The notes beneath the pieces are model-generated. The model did not search any database, was not told the origin of the DNA, and worked only from the letters and a program-made list of their open reading frames with translations. A DNA stretch of 64,000 nt from Alphaproteobacteria bacterium (GTDB lineage: Bacteria > Pseudomonadota > Alphaproteobacteria > UBA828), in assembly GCA_963667785.2 (NCBI GenBank), contig CAXXMU010000002.1, forward strand, positions 832,001-896,000. The letters are read 5' to 3'. This document shows, piece after piece, positions 39,991 through 50,789 of the stretch. Each line of letters starts with the position of its first letter. The first letter of the stretch is position 1. A program made the translations under genes and the position numbers.

Positions 39991-41227
39991 AGCGGAGCGC
40001 CTCCACCGGATCGAGCCGCGCCGCCCGCCAGGAGGGGTAGATCGTCGCCAGGAACGAGAGGCCGATCGCCATCACCGCCACCATCGCCACCTCGCCCGCA
40101 TCGATCCGGGACGGGAGCTGCGAGAGGAAGCGGATCTCGGCCGGGAACAGCGCCGTATCCGTCAGGTTCTCCAGCCACAGCCTGATGGCGTCGATATTGG
40201 CGGCGAAGGCGATGCCGCCGGCGACGCCGAGCGCCGTTCCCGCCAGCCCGATCGCCGCCCCGTTCATGAAGAAGATGCGCAGGATCTGCCCGCGCGTCGC
40301 CCCCATGGTGCGCAGGATGGCGATGTCGCGGCCCTTGTCCTTCACCACCATGATCAGCCCGGCGATGATGTTGAAGGCAGCGACCAGCACGATCAGGGTC
40401 AGGATCACGAACATGACGTTGCGCTCGACCTGGAGCGCGTTGACGAACTGCGCGTTGGCCCGGCGCCAGTCGACGACCCAGCCCTGCTGCCCAACGGCGG
40501 CGCGCACGCCGGCCTCGACCGCGCGCAGGCGCTCGGGATCGGCGGCGGTCAGCCCGATGGCGGTGACCGCGCCGGGCAACCTGAAATAGATCTGGGCGAG
40601 GTCAAGCGGCATCAGGACGTAGGTGCTGTCGTACTCGAACATGCCGACGTCGAAGGTCGCCACCACGGGATAGGCGCGCGAGCGGGGCATGGTCCCCATC
40701 AGCGTCGCCCGGCCCTCGGGCGAGAGCAGCGTGATCGACTCGCCAACCCTGACGCCGAGCTTGCGCGCCATGCGCTCGCCGATCACGACCCCCTCGCCGT
40801 CGGTGAAGCCCTCGAGCCGGCCGCTGACGATGTTCTCCGTGAGCAGCGGGCGCGCCGCCAGATAGTCGTCGCGCACGCCGCGCACCTGGCCGAAGGTGGC
40901 GTTGCCCCCGGCCGCCGCGATCACCTGGCCCTCGACGGCCGGCGAGACGGAGACGACGCCGTCGACCGCTTTGATGCGGTCTGCCAGCGTATCGAAGTCC
41001 ACCAGCCTCTCGTCGAAGGAATAGACCGTCATGTGCCCGTTGAGCCCGAGGATGCGGGCCACCAGCTCCTCGCGGAATCCGTTCATCACCGACATGACGA
41101 TGATGAGCGTGGCGACGCCGAGGAAGATGCCGATCAGGGAGAACGCCGCGATGACGGAGACCAGGCCCTCCTGCCGCCGGGCGCGCAGGTAGCGAAACGC
41201 GACGAGGCGCTCGAAGGCCGAGAACAT
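39983..41227 (-). CDS. lolE: lipoprotein-releasing ABC transporter permease LolC/E
   Basis: [40 protein letters not shown]. Confidence 0.92.
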   Translation of the reverse strand: MFSAFERLVAFRYLRARRQEGLVSVIAAFSLIGIFLGVATLIIVMSVMNGFREELVARILGLNGHMTVYSFDERLVDFDTLADRIKAVDGVVSVSPAVEGQVIAAAGGNATFGQVRGVRDDYLAARPLLTENIVSGRLEGFTDGEGVVIGERMARKLGVRVGESITLLSPEGRATLMGTMPRSRAYPVVATFDVGMFEYDSTYVLMPLDLAQIYFRLPGAVTAIGLTAADPERLRAVEAGVRAAVGQQGWVVDWRRANAQFVNALQVERNVMFVILTLIVLVAAFNIIAGLIMVVKDKGRDIAILRTMGATRGQILRIFFMNGAAIGLAGTALGVAGGIAFAANIDAIRLWLENLTDTALFPAEIRFLSQLPSRIDAGEVAMVAVMAIGLSFLATIYPSWRAARLDPVEALRYE

Positions 41228-41239
41228 GAGCGCCGGCCG

Positions 41240-41390
41240 CTAGAGCGTATCCGTCTTCGACGGATACGCGACAGGCCGCGACTGCGGCCCGCCGCTCATG
41301 CGGCGCCCTCGCGGAGGCGCCGGCTGCAAGCCGGCAGCCGCGAGCGACAAAGAGGCTAGAGCGTTTCCGTGCAAAGCGGACACGCTCTAG
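41240..41390. mobile_element. MITE-like repeat (type B) with CTAGAGCG terminal inverted repeats
   Basis: CTAGAGCGTATCCG...CGGACACGCTCTAG with a second internal CTAGAGCG at 41356; copy at 37816. Confidence 0.75.
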
Positions 41391-42703
41391 CCGCCGATCA
41401 GGCGCGCCAGCACCGACTCGAACGAGAGCGCCTCGGCCTCGCCGCCGCTCCGCGCCTTCAGCTCGGCCGTGCCGGACTTGACGCCGCGCGGCCCCACCGC
41501 GACCTGCCAGGGCAGGCCGATCAGCTCCATCTCCGCGAACTTGACGCCCGCGCGCTCGTCCCGGTCGTCGTAGAGCACCTCGACGCCTGCGTCCGCGAGG
41601 CGGGCGTAGAGCGTATCGCACGCCTCGTCGCAGGCCGGATCGCCGGCACGGAGATTGACGAGCCCGACCGCGAAGGGTGCCGCGACCTCGGGCCAGACGA
41701 TGCCCGCCTCGTCGTGGCTCGCCTCGATGATGGCGCCCGCGAGGCGGGAGACGCCGATTCCGTAGGAGCCCATCTCGACCGCGACCTCGGCGCCCTCTGC
41801 ATCGGTCACGGTCGCGCCCATCGCCTTCGAGTACTTGGTGCCGAAGTAGAAGATGTGGCCCACCTCGATGCCGCGGCCCTGGTAGAGGGACTCGGCCGGA
41901 GCCGGGCACCGCTCGGGGTCGTGCTTGTCGTCGGTGGCGGCGTAGAGCCGGGTCCACTCGTCCACGATCGGCTGCAGGTCCGCCTCGTAGTCGATCGCCA
42001 TCGCCAGCGGGTCGGTATCGAGCCAGGCGCGGTCGCAGTAGACGGCGCTCTCGCCCGTGTCGGCCAACACGATGAACTCGTGGCTGTAGTCGCCGCCGAT
42101 GGCGCCGCTCTCCGCCTGCATCGGGATCGAGGTGAGCCCGAGCCGGGCGAAGGTGCGCAAGTACGCCACGAACATCCTGTTGTAGGAGCGCACCGCGCCG
42201 GCATGGTCGATGTCGAAGGAGTAGTTGTCCTTCATGTAGAACTCACGGCCGCGCATGATGCCGAAGCGCGGGCGCAGCTCGTCCCGGAACTTCCACTGGA
42301 TCTGGTAAAGGTTCTGCGGCAGGTCGCGATAGCTCCGCACCGACTGGCGGAAGATGTCGGTCACCACCTCCTCGTGGGTGGGGCCGAAGAGCATCGGGCG
42401 CTCGTGCCGGTCGGTGAAGCGCAGCATCTCCCTGCCGTAATCCTGGTAGCGGCCGCTCTCCTCCCAGAGCTCCGCCGGCTGCACCGCCGGCATGAGGATC
42501 TCCTGGCAGCCGGCGGCGTCCATCTCCTCGCGCACCACCTGCTCGATCTTGCGCAGCACGCGATGGCCGAGCGGCAGCCAGCTATAGATGCCAGCGCTGG
42601 ACTGCCGGATCATGCCGGCGCGCAGCATCAGCCGGTGAGACACGATCTGCGCCTCGGCCGGGTTCTCCCTCAGGGTCGGCAGAAAGTAACGTGAGCGCCG
42701 CAT
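41387..42703 (-). CDS. proS: proline--tRNA ligase (short alphaproteobacterial type)
   Basis: [43 protein letters not shown]. Confidence 0.97.
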   Translation of the reverse strand: MRRSRYFLPTLRENPAEAQIVSHRLMLRAGMIRQSSAGIYSWLPLGHRVLRKIEQVVREEMDAAGCQEILMPAVQPAELWEESGRYQDYGREMLRFTDRHERPMLFGPTHEEVVTDIFRQSVRSYRDLPQNLYQIQWKFRDELRPRFGIMRGREFYMKDNYSFDIDHAGAVRSYNRMFVAYLRTFARLGLTSIPMQAESGAIGGDYSHEFIVLADTGESAVYCDRAWLDTDPLAMAIDYEADLQPIVDEWTRLYAATDDKHDPERCPAPAESLYQGRGIEVGHIFYFGTKYSKAMGATVTDAEGAEVAVEMGSYGIGVSRLAGAIIEASHDEAGIVWPEVAAPFAVGLVNLRAGDPACDEACDTLYARLADAGVEVLYDDRDERAGVKFAEMELIGLPWQVAVGPRGVKSGTAELKARSGGEAEALSFESVLARLIGG

Positions 42704-42840
42704 GGGCCTCCGCCTCGCAGGCATCGAACGCGCCGCGTTTATGCCCAAGGCCGGGCCAAAGCGCAATGCGGCGGCGCGGCAGCGGCGCGTGCGCCACCGG
42801 CGACGGTGATAGAGTCCCTCGACGCCGCCAGGAGGTCCCC

Positions 42841-43227
42841 ATGCTGAAGATCTACAATCCCGGCGATATCGCCGGCCCGTTCGGTCACTACGACCACGGC
42901 GTGGAGGCGGTGAACGTCTCGCGCCTGCTGCACGTATCGGGGCAGGTCGGCACCGATCCCGACGGCAGCGTGCCGGACGAGGTGGAGGCGCAGATCGAGC
43001 GCGTCTGGCTCAACATCGAGGCCGTGCTCGCCGCCGCCGACATGACCACCACCAACATCGTGCGCACCATCACCTACATGCTGGACCGGAGCGCCGTGCC
43101 GCTGCTCGGCGCCGCCCGGCTCAGGCATCTCGGCGCCGACCACAAGGCCGCCTCGTCGACCATCGTCGTCGCCGGCCTGGTGCGGCCCGAGTGGAAGGTC
43201 GAGATCGACGCCGTGGCCGTGGCCTGA
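42841..43227 (+). CDS. RidA/YjgF family protein
   Basis: [22 protein letters not shown]; canonical Arg appears replaced (AASST). Confidence 0.88.
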   Translation: MLKIYNPGDIAGPFGHYDHGVEAVNVSRLLHVSGQVGTDPDGSVPDEVEAQIERVWLNIEAVLAAADMTTTNIVRTITYMLDRSAVPLLGAARLRHLGADHKAASSTIVVAGLVRPEWKVEIDAVAVA

Positions 43228-43293
43228 GCCGGGAGAGCCGCGCTGACCCCCACCGCGCTCACGCAGGAGCGCTGGCGCGCCCAGCGCGCCTAC

Positions 43294-44508
43294 GTGATGG
43301 AACGCTCGCCATTCCTCGCACGGCTCTGGGGCGACGGACCCGTGCCGGAGCGGCTGGAGGACCTGCCCGCGCTCCCCCTCTGCGACAAGGCGATGCTGCG
43401 CGAGGCGCAGGCGGCGCACCCGCCCTTCGGCGACTATCTCGCGGCCCGGCCCGAGCGTGTCGTCCGCCTGCACCGCACCTCGGGCACCACCGGTCAGGCC
43501 ATGAACATCGCCCAGACCGGGAAGGACGCGGCGCAAACGGCCGAGGTGGGCGGGCGCTGCTTCCAGGCCGCAGGGCTCGCGCCGGGCACGCTCACGGTCC
43601 ATTGCCTCAACTACCGGATGTGGATGGGCGGGGTGAGCGACCACCTCGCGCTGGAGGCGGCGGGCGCGACCGTCATCCCCTTCGGCACAGGGGACAGCGC
43701 GCTTCTGGTGCGCACCATCCTCGACCTCGGGATCGCCGCGATCCATTGCACGCCCTCCTACCCCGCCGCCCTGGAGCGGACCATCGCGGAGCATTTCCCG
43801 GGCCTCGCGCCGCGCGATCTCGGGCTCCGGCTCGGCCTCTTCGGCGGCGAGGCGGGGCTCGACAACCCGAGCTTCCGGGCGCGGCTGGAGTCGGTCTGGG
43901 GCTTCGCCGCGCGCAACGCCAACTACGGCGTCTCCGACGCGTTCAGCATCTTCGCGAGCCAGTGCGAGGCGAACGACGACCTGCACTTCCTGGCCGAGGA
44001 CGTGCTGCATGCGGAGCTGATCGAGCCGGAGAGCGCAGAGCCCGTGCCGTGGCGCGACGGCGAGAGCGGCGAGCTGGTGCTGACCCACCTCGCGCGCGAG
44101 GCGCAGCCGCTGGTGCGCTTCCGCACCGGCGACGTGATCGCGGTGACCGGAACCGGCGCCTGCGCCTGCGGACGGGTCGTGCCCCGCTTCCGCGTGCTCG
44201 GCCGCAGCGACGACATGGTGGTGGTGCGGGGCGTGAACGTCTTCCCCGCCGCGGTCGGCGGCGTGATCGCAGGCTTCGACGCGCTCTCGGGCGAGTTCCG
44301 CATCCGGCTCAAGGGCCACGGCCCCTACGACCGGCTGCCGGTGGAGGCGGAGCTCGCGGCGGGCCACGAGGCAACGGACGTGCTCGCCACTCGCATCGAG
44401 GACGCGCTGAGGGCGGCGCTCCGCGCGTCTGCCCGCGTGACCCTGCTGCCGCCTGCCGCGCTGCCGCGCACCGGCGGCAAGACGCGGCGCCTGATCAGGG
44501 AGGACTGA
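43294..44508 (+). CDS. phenylacetate--CoA ligase family protein (start uncertain)
   Basis: RTSGTTG, NYGVSD, RFRTGD, GRSDDMVVVRGVNVFP. Confidence 0.9.
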   Translation: MMERSPFLARLWGDGPVPERLEDLPALPLCDKAMLREAQAAHPPFGDYLAARPERVVRLHRTSGTTGQAMNIAQTGKDAAQTAEVGGRCFQAAGLAPGTLTVHCLNYRMWMGGVSDHLALEAAGATVIPFGTGDSALLVRTILDLGIAAIHCTPSYPAALERTIAEHFPGLAPRDLGLRLGLFGGEAGLDNPSFRARLESVWGFAARNANYGVSDAFSIFASQCEANDDLHFLAEDVLHAELIEPESAEPVPWRDGESGELVLTHLAREAQPLVRFRTGDVIAVTGTGACACGRVVPRFRVLGRSDDMVVVRGVNVFPAAVGGVIAGFDALSGEFRIRLKGHGPYDRLPVEAELAAGHEATDVLATRIEDALRAALRASARVTLLPPAALPRTGGKTRRLIRED

Positions 44509-44510
44509 CG

Positions 44511-45278
44511 ATGCCCGGCACCGTGCAGAGCGAGACGGAGGACGGCGTCGCCACGCTGACGCTCAACAGGCCGGAGCGGCTCAACGCGCTCAACGACGCG
44601 CTGCTGGCCGACCTCTGCGCCGCCCTGGACGCCGCGCTCGCCGACGATGCGGTGGGCGCGCTCGTGCTGCGCGGGGCGGGGCGGGCCTTCTGCGCCGGCG
44701 ACGACCTCAAGGAGATCGAGAGCCAGACCGCCGGCGAGGCGGAGACGCGGGCCTTCATCGAGGCGATCCAGGCGGTCAGCCGCCGGCTCGTGCTGGGCGA
44801 CCGGGTGGTGGTCGGCGCGATCCACGGCTGGGCCGTGGGCGGCGGGCTGGAATGGGCGATCAACTGCGACCTCGCCGTCTTCGCCGAGGGCACCCGGTGC
44901 TTCTTCCCCGAGATCGCGTGGGGCATGTTCCCGACCGGCGGCGTGACGGCGATCCTGCCCCGCATCGTCGGCCTCGCGAAGACCCGCGAGCTGCTGCTGC
45001 TGGGCGAGACCTTCGACGCGCACGAGGCTCAGGCGATGGGCCTCGCCTGGCGCGTGGTGCCCGAGGACGAGGTGTTCGCCATGGCGCACGAGACTGCAGC
45101 CCGCATCGCCGCCCTGCCGCAGCCTGCGGTGCGCGACCTCAAGCGGGTGCTCAACCGGGCGGGCTCCCTCGATGTCGAGGGCGCGCTCGCGCTGGAGACG
45201 GAGGCGACCGTGCGCCGCTTCCTCGATCCCGCAACCGCCGAGCGGGTGAAGGTTTTTGGCGAAAGCCGCACCCGCTAG
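44511..45278 (+). CDS. enoyl-CoA hydratase/isomerase
   Basis: LNRPERLNA, AFCAGDDL, AVGGGLE, FPE. Confidence 0.92.
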   Translation: MPGTVQSETEDGVATLTLNRPERLNALNDALLADLCAALDAALADDAVGALVLRGAGRAFCAGDDLKEIESQTAGEAETRAFIEAIQAVSRRLVLGDRVVVGAIHGWAVGGGLEWAINCDLAVFAEGTRCFFPEIAWGMFPTGGVTAILPRIVGLAKTRELLLLGETFDAHEAQAMGLAWRVVPEDEVFAMAHETAARIAALPQPAVRDLKRVLNRAGSLDVEGALALETEATVRRFLDPATAERVKVFGESRTR

Positions 45279-45404
45279 CCGCGCCTCTCCGCCCTCCCCG
45301 CACCTCTCCGCCCCGCCCGGCCGCTGCCGGGGCGGCGTTGCGCATAGGCGGTGCCGGGACGACAATGCGCCGGGGCAACGCCGCAGACGCGGGAGGCAAC
45401 GGCG

Positions 45405-47399
45405 ATGAACGAGAGCGCGACCAGCAATGTCACCGTAGGCGCAGAGACGCTTCGGGATCTCTACCTCACCATGCGCCGCATCCGCGCTTTCGAGGACAAG
45501 ACCGCCGACCTCTTCCAGGAAGGCGTCGTCAAGGGCACGGCCCACAGCTACAAGGGCGAGGAGGCAATCGCCGCCGGCGTCTGCGCGGCGCTGCGCGACG
45601 ACGACATCATCGCCTCCTACCACCGCGGCCACGGCCACTGCATCGCCAAGGGCGCCCGCATCGACCGCATGATGGCGGAGCTGATGGGCCGCCAGACCGG
45701 CTACTGCCAGGGCCTCGGCGGCTCCATGCACATCGCCGACATGGAGCTCAACATCATGGGCGCGAACGGCATCGTCGGCGCTGCCATGCCGCTCGCCACC
45801 GGCGCGGGCCTCGCCGCCAGGCTGGAGGGGTCGGACCGCGTGGCCGTGGCCTTCTTCGGCGACGGCGCGTCGAACCAGGGCGTCTTCCACGAATCGCTCA
45901 ACCTCGCGGCGGTGTGGAAGCTGCCGGTGATCTTCGTCTGCGAGAACAACCAGTACGCGCTGTCCACCTCCTACCGGAACACCACCGCCGTCTCCCAGGT
46001 CGCGAACCGGGCGGCCTCCTACGAGATTCCCGGCATCACCGTGGACGGGAACGACGGCGTCGAGGTCTATCTCGTGCTGCGCGAGGCGGTCGACCGCGCC
46101 CGCACCGGCGACGGGCCGACGCTGATCGAGGCGATGACCTACCGCCACGGCCAGCACTCGCTCCGCGTCAACCTGCGCGACCCGCGGCCCGAGGACGAGC
46201 TCCAGACCTGGCTCGACCGCGACCCCATCGCGCGGATGGAGAAGCGCCTCAGCAGCGAGGGCGGCTTCTCCGAGGACCAGTTCGACGAGACCAACCGCGC
46301 CGTCGAGGACGAGATCGAGACCGCCGTGACTTACGGCCGCGAGAGCCCGGAGCCGCCGGTGCACGTGATGCTCGACGCCGTCTACGCCCCCCACGCGGCG
46401 CACACCGAGCCGGGGCCGGAGACCGAGCGCATGCTCTCCTACCCCGAGGCGCTCAACGAGGCGCTGGACCAGGAGATGCTGCGGGACGACCGGGTCTTCC
46501 TCATGGGCGAGGACGTGGGCGCCACCGGCGGCATCTTCGGCGTCTCCAAGGGGCTGATGGAGCGCTACGGGGCCGAGCGCGTGCGCGACACGCCGATCTC
46601 GGAGGCGACCTTCGTCGGCTGCGGCGTCGGCGCCGCCATCGCCGGCATGCGGCCGGTGGTTGAGATCCAGATCTTCGACTTCGTCGCGCTCACCATGGAC
46701 ATGCTGGTCAACCAGGCGGCCAAGTTCCGCTTCATGCTGGGCGGCAAGCCTTCCGTGCCGCTGGTGGTGCGCGGGCCGCAGGGCGGCGGCATCCGGCTCG
46801 CGGCCCAGCACAGCCAGAGCCTGGAGGCCTGGTTCACCCACGTGCCGGGGCTCGTGGTGGCGGCGCCCTCCACGCCCTACGACGCCAAGGGGCTGCTGGT
46901 GGCCGCGATCCGCGACGAAAACCCGGTGGTCTTCCTGGAGCAGAAGCTGCTCTACCTCGGCGGCACCGGGCCGGTGCCGGAGGAGCTCTACGCCATCCCC
47001 CTCGGCAAGGCCGACATCAAGCGCGAGGGCACGGACGTCACCGTGGTCGCCACGTCCGCCATGGTGCCGCGCGCGCTCAGCGCCGCCACGGTGCTGGAGC
47101 GCGACGGCGTCAGCGTCGAGGTGATCGACCCGAGGACCCTGCAGCCCTTGGACGAGGAGACCATCCTCGCCAGCGTGCGCAAGACCAACCGGCTGCTGAT
47201 CGTGCACGAGGCCTGGGTGCGCGGCGGCTTCGGCGCCGAGGTGGCGGCCATGGTGGTGGACAAGGCCTTCGACTACCTCGATGCCCCCGTCGCCCGCCTC
47301 GGCGCCCCGCACACGCCGATGCCCTACAACGACCGCCTCGAGCTCGAGGTCATCCCCTCGCAGGAGCGCATCGTGGAGGCGATCCGCGCGCTGCTGTAA
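45405..47399 (+). CDS. fused TPP-dependent dehydrogenase E1 alpha+beta (acetoin/2-oxoacid type)
   Basis: HRGHGH, GGSMH, GDGA...ENN TPP motif, then GEDVG, DTPISE, HSQS in one frame. Confidence 0.93.
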   Translation: MNESATSNVTVGAETLRDLYLTMRRIRAFEDKTADLFQEGVVKGTAHSYKGEEAIAAGVCAALRDDDIIASYHRGHGHCIAKGARIDRMMAELMGRQTGYCQGLGGSMHIADMELNIMGANGIVGAAMPLATGAGLAARLEGSDRVAVAFFGDGASNQGVFHESLNLAAVWKLPVIFVCENNQYALSTSYRNTTAVSQVANRAASYEIPGITVDGNDGVEVYLVLREAVDRARTGDGPTLIEAMTYRHGQHSLRVNLRDPRPEDELQTWLDRDPIARMEKRLSSEGGFSEDQFDETNRAVEDEIETAVTYGRESPEPPVHVMLDAVYAPHAAHTEPGPETERMLSYPEALNEALDQEMLRDDRVFLMGEDVGATGGIFGVSKGLMERYGAERVRDTPISEATFVGCGVGAAIAGMRPVVEIQIFDFVALTMDMLVNQAAKFRFMLGGKPSVPLVVRGPQGGGIRLAAQHSQSLEAWFTHVPGLVVAAPSTPYDAKGLLVAAIRDENPVVFLEQKLLYLGGTGPVPEELYAIPLGKADIKREGTDVTVVATSAMVPRALSAATVLERDGVSVEVIDPRTLQPLDEETILASVRKTNRLLIVHEAWVRGGFGAEVAAMVVDKAFDYLDAPVARLGAPHTPMPYNDRLELEVIPSQERIVEAIRALL

Positions 47400-47439
47400 C
47401 CCTGCCGGCGGCAGGCGGGCCGAGATGTGCGCGCCGTGC

Positions 47440-47590
47440 GGGACAGGGGGCCGGGGCGGCACCGGGATCCTGTGGGATCCTGTGGGATTCGGCGGGATTC
47501 GGCTGGAGAAGGCGGGATTGCACGGGACGGGAGCGGGGGTCCTGGGGGGCATGCGGGATTTCGTGGGATAGCGAGGGATTCCGGGCGGGA
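47440..47590 (+). repeat. phased GGGAT-N5 decamer array
   Basis: GGGA at 47464, 47474, 47484, 47494, (TGGA 47504), 47514, 47524, then 47555, 47565, 47575; outliers at 47440 and 47587. Confidence 0.85.
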
Positions 47591-47771
47591 CAGGTGGCCT
47601 CCATATCCCACTTGAGCACCGGCTCCCCTGCCGTGCCCCGCTCCTTCCCGCTCGTCGCCGCTCTCCCACATCATGCCGCGACCTTCGCACGCCTCCCGCA
47701 CGAGCGGCACCGCACCATGGTCCGGGCAATGGGGTGAGGCGGCGGAAGCACGCCACCGCCAGCCGACCCCT

Positions 47772-47949
47772 CCTCACCCCGGCCCTCTCCTCCCCGGCGG
47801 GGAGGAGAGGGAGGATAGGCGGCACCGCCACCGTCCTTCACCGCCCTCCGGGGACGTGCTTCACTGCCCTCTGGGTTTGAGAGCAAGGTCAGTGCAACCC
47901 ACGTCCCCTCTCCGCCCTTCAAGGGGGGAGAGGGACAGGGAGAGGTGGG
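47772..47949. repeat. inverted pair of REP-like hairpins
   Basis: CCTCACCCCGGCCCTCTCC...GGAGAGGG and CCCTCTCC...GGAGAGGGACAGGGAGAGGTGGG, same units as in 2449-2557. Confidence 0.8.
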
Positions 47950-48055
47950 TTTACTGGCTCGGCGACTCGCTCCGGCCCGCCGCGCCCTGCCCTTCCGTCA
48001 CCTCGTGATCGTCCTGGGCAGCCTCGCCCGGCGGCTTCGGCGTGACCGGACGCTG

Positions 48056-48250
48056 GGCCCGCGTGCTATGGTCGCCACCACCTCTGCTGGAGTGGGAGGT
48101 GCGCTGAGGGAGTGGATGACGCAATGACCTCCAACCGAATGCCCGGCCTAGATTTTGGGCTCGGCGAGACGGCCGACATGATCCGCTCGTCCGCCGAGAG
48201 CTTCGCGCAGGCCGAGATCGCCCCACGTGCCGAAGAGATCGAGGCGAGCA
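48056..48250 (+). pseudogene. duplicated ivd promoter/leader plus first 42 codons
   Basis: 48124-48250 aligns to 49323-49449 with 10 mismatches; upstream 48056-48123 resembles 49261-49322. Confidence 0.92.
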
Positions 48251-48328
48251 GCCTGTTGCCTCTTCTACCCTTGCCAGCACACGAGACAATGGGCATTACG
48301 TTCACAATCATAGAAAAGCGATAGCTCA

Positions 48329-49066
48329 ATGAATGACGCGTCACTTTTTAGGAAATTGAGTCCAAATACCAATATCTATAGGATATTCTCAAACAAATAC
48401 TTTTTTGAACTGTTCGAGAATAGACAAAACGCGCTAGTATTGCCAAGAAAGTGGGACGATCCATTCGAAAATGTTTTGTTGCGCTGCAAGGCCCGATCAG
48501 TCTCAGACGATGAGGAAGTTACCTTCGGATTTAGAGACCGTGTCTATGGCCAATGCTGGACACTGGAATCCGTCTCTGACGCTATGTGGCAAATATATTC
48601 ACGCAAAAGAAACGGAATCCGCGTAAGAACGACAGTTGGAAAGCTCATCGAAAGCATCCGCGCAGTGCACGGCGAAGGAGCGAATTTGAGCTGCTTTATT
48701 GGACGCGTCAGTTATGTGACCGACGAGAAGCTTCGTGAGCTTGGCAAAACACTCTTTAAAGAATGTGTCCATAGCCGCAAGGTTGCGCAGTCACTGCTCA
48801 TTAAGCGTAAAGCCTACAGATACGAAAATGAGGTGCGACTAATCTATTTCGATCATGCTCATCATCAATCCATTAGAGAGGTTTACAGATATAGCTTTGA
48901 TCCACTCTATATGATCGACCAGGTTATGGTTGATGGACGGATTCCTGTAGAAAAATCTCTTGCTTTGAAACAGGAGATTTTCGAGCGCACTGGTCTTTCA
49001 AAACGTCGCATTAGACGCTCATTGCTTTACAGTGAGCCGAAAAATTTTGTTGTATACGTTCCATAA
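48329..49066 (+). CDS. DUF2971-like protein, AT-rich and probably foreign
   Basis: IYR, WDDPFE, CWT...SDAMWQIYS, GIRV, KRKAYRYENEVRL; strongly atypical codon usage. Confidence 0.75.
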   Translation: MNDASLFRKLSPNTNIYRIFSNKYFFELFENRQNALVLPRKWDDPFENVLLRCKARSVSDDEEVTFGFRDRVYGQCWTLESVSDAMWQIYSRKRNGIRVRTTVGKLIESIRAVHGEGANLSCFIGRVSYVTDEKLRELGKTLFKECVHSRKVAQSLLIKRKAYRYENEVRLIYFDHAHHQSIREVYRYSFDPLYMIDQVMVDGRIPVEKSLALKQEIFERTGLSKRRIRRSLLYSEPKNFVVYVP

Positions 49067-49322
49067 TCTATCACAATAATGCATCTCCCCTGTAGTGTTG
49101 TCCAGAAACACTTGAGAAGTGTTATTCACATTCTCAGGGCAGCTAAGCGCGCGATTCAAGCATAAGCGAGCCCCTGCTCACTACAACACCGAATAATTCA
49201 GCTATTGCTTGCGGCTATCTGATGTACCCTAGCGTGCGCGAGAGCACCGCCAAGCTTTCCGGCCCTGTGCTATTGTCACCACACCGTTGGAGTGTGAGGC
49301 AGCGAAAGGAGCCGGCATCGCA

Positions 49323-50495
49323 ATGACCTCCAACCGAATGCCCGGCCTGGATTTCGGGCTCGGCGAGACGGCCGACATGATCCGGTCCTCGGTCGAGAGC
49401 TTCGCGCAGGCCGAGATCGCCCCGCGCGCGGAAGAGATCGACGCGAGCAACGCCTTCCCGCGCGACCTCTGGCCCCGGCTCGGCGAACTCGGGCTGCTCG
49501 GCATCACCGTGGAGGAGGAGCAAGGCGGCAGCGGCCTCGGCTACCTCGAGCACTGCGTCGCCATGGAGGAGGTGAGCCGCGCGTCCGCCTCCGTCGGCCT
49601 CAGCTACGGCGCGCACTCCAACCTCTGCGTCAACCAGATCAGGCTGAACGGCACGCCCGCCCAGCGCGACCGCCACCTGCCGAAGCTCATCTCCGGCGAG
49701 CATGTCGGCGCGCTCGCCATGAGCGAGCCGGGCGCGGGCTCGGACGTGGTGGGCATGCGCACGCGGGCGGAGCGCAAGGGCGATCGCTACGTGCTGAACG
49801 GGTCCAAGATGTGGATCACCAACGGGCCGGAGGCCGAGGTGCTGGTGGTCTACGCCAAGACCGACGCAGAGGCCGGCAGCCGCGGCATCACCGCCTTCCT
49901 GATCGAGAAGGGCATGCCCGGCTTCTCCACCGCCCAGAAGCTCGACAAGCTCGGCATGCGCGGCTCCGACACCTGCGAGCTCGTGTTCGAGGACTGCGAG
50001 GTGCCGGCGGAGAACGTGATCGGCGAGGAGGGCGGCGGCGTGGGCGTGCTGATGAGCGGGCTCGACTACGAGCGCGCGGTGCTGGCCGCGGGCCCGCTCG
50101 GCATCATGCGCGCCTGCATGGACATCGTGCTGCCCTACGTCCACCAGCGGCAGCAGTTCGGCCGGCCCATCGGCACCTTCCAGCTCATGCAGGGCAAGCT
50201 CGCGGACATGTACACGGCGATGAACGCCTCCCGCGCCTACGTCTACGCCGTGGCGCAGGCCTGCGATCGCGGCGAGACCAGCCGCAAGGACGCCGCCGGT
50301 GCCATCCTCTTCGCCGCCGAGAAGGCCACCTGGATGGCGCTGGAGGCGATCCAGGCGCTGGGCGGCAACGGCTACGTCAACGAGTTCGCCACCGGCCGGC
50401 TGCTGCGCGACGCCAAGCTCTACGAGATCGGCGCCGGCACCAGCGAGATCCGCCGCATGCTCATCGGCCGCGAGCTCTTCGAGGAGACCGAGTGA
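49323..50495 (+). CDS. ivd: isovaleryl-CoA dehydrogenase
   Basis: [42 protein letters not shown]. Confidence 0.95.
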   Translation: MTSNRMPGLDFGLGETADMIRSSVESFAQAEIAPRAEEIDASNAFPRDLWPRLGELGLLGITVEEEQGGSGLGYLEHCVAMEEVSRASASVGLSYGAHSNLCVNQIRLNGTPAQRDRHLPKLISGEHVGALAMSEPGAGSDVVGMRTRAERKGDRYVLNGSKMWITNGPEAEVLVVYAKTDAEAGSRGITAFLIEKGMPGFSTAQKLDKLGMRGSDTCELVFEDCEVPAENVIGEEGGGVGVLMSGLDYERAVLAAGPLGIMRACMDIVLPYVHQRQQFGRPIGTFQLMQGKLADMYTAMNASRAYVYAVAQACDRGETSRKDAAGAILFAAEKATWMALEAIQALGGNGYVNEFATGRLLRDAKLYEIGAGTSEIRRMLIGRELFEETE

Positions 50496-50547
50496 CGGCG
50501 CAGCCGCCCGCACACCGCGCGGCGACGCCCCCCCTGCCCGCTTGCGC

Positions 50548-50773
50548 GTCGTCCGACCTGACGGGTTCACGGCGATCCGACGACTCCCACCTCCCCCTGT
50601 CCCCCTCCCCCAAAGGCGGAGGGGGAACTTGGGCGGCACCGCCCGTTCTCCCTCTCCGCCCCTGGGGGCGGAGAGGGCCGGGGTGAGGTGGGGGTAAGCC
50701 CAGGTGGCACCGCACGAGGAGTGGGCACCCGCGGCAACTCGCTGCGATCGTGCCTGAACGAAGAGTGCTCTAG
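50548..50773. repeat. inverted copy of type A MITE-like repeat (left end degenerate)
   Basis: 50585-50773 is the reverse complement of 2369-2557 with scattered substitutions; ends GTGCTCTAG. Confidence 0.85.
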
Positions 50774-50789
50774 TGGCAGGAACGGGACT

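Noticed and set aside
47440-47949. Possible CRISPR array
   Set aside because: Units are 10 bp or REP-like hairpins; no 25-45 bp repeats with unique spacers and no cas genes
48112-48324. Independent 70-aa gene
   Set aside because: Chimera of ivd codons 1-42 and foreign sequence; treated as a fragment/leader
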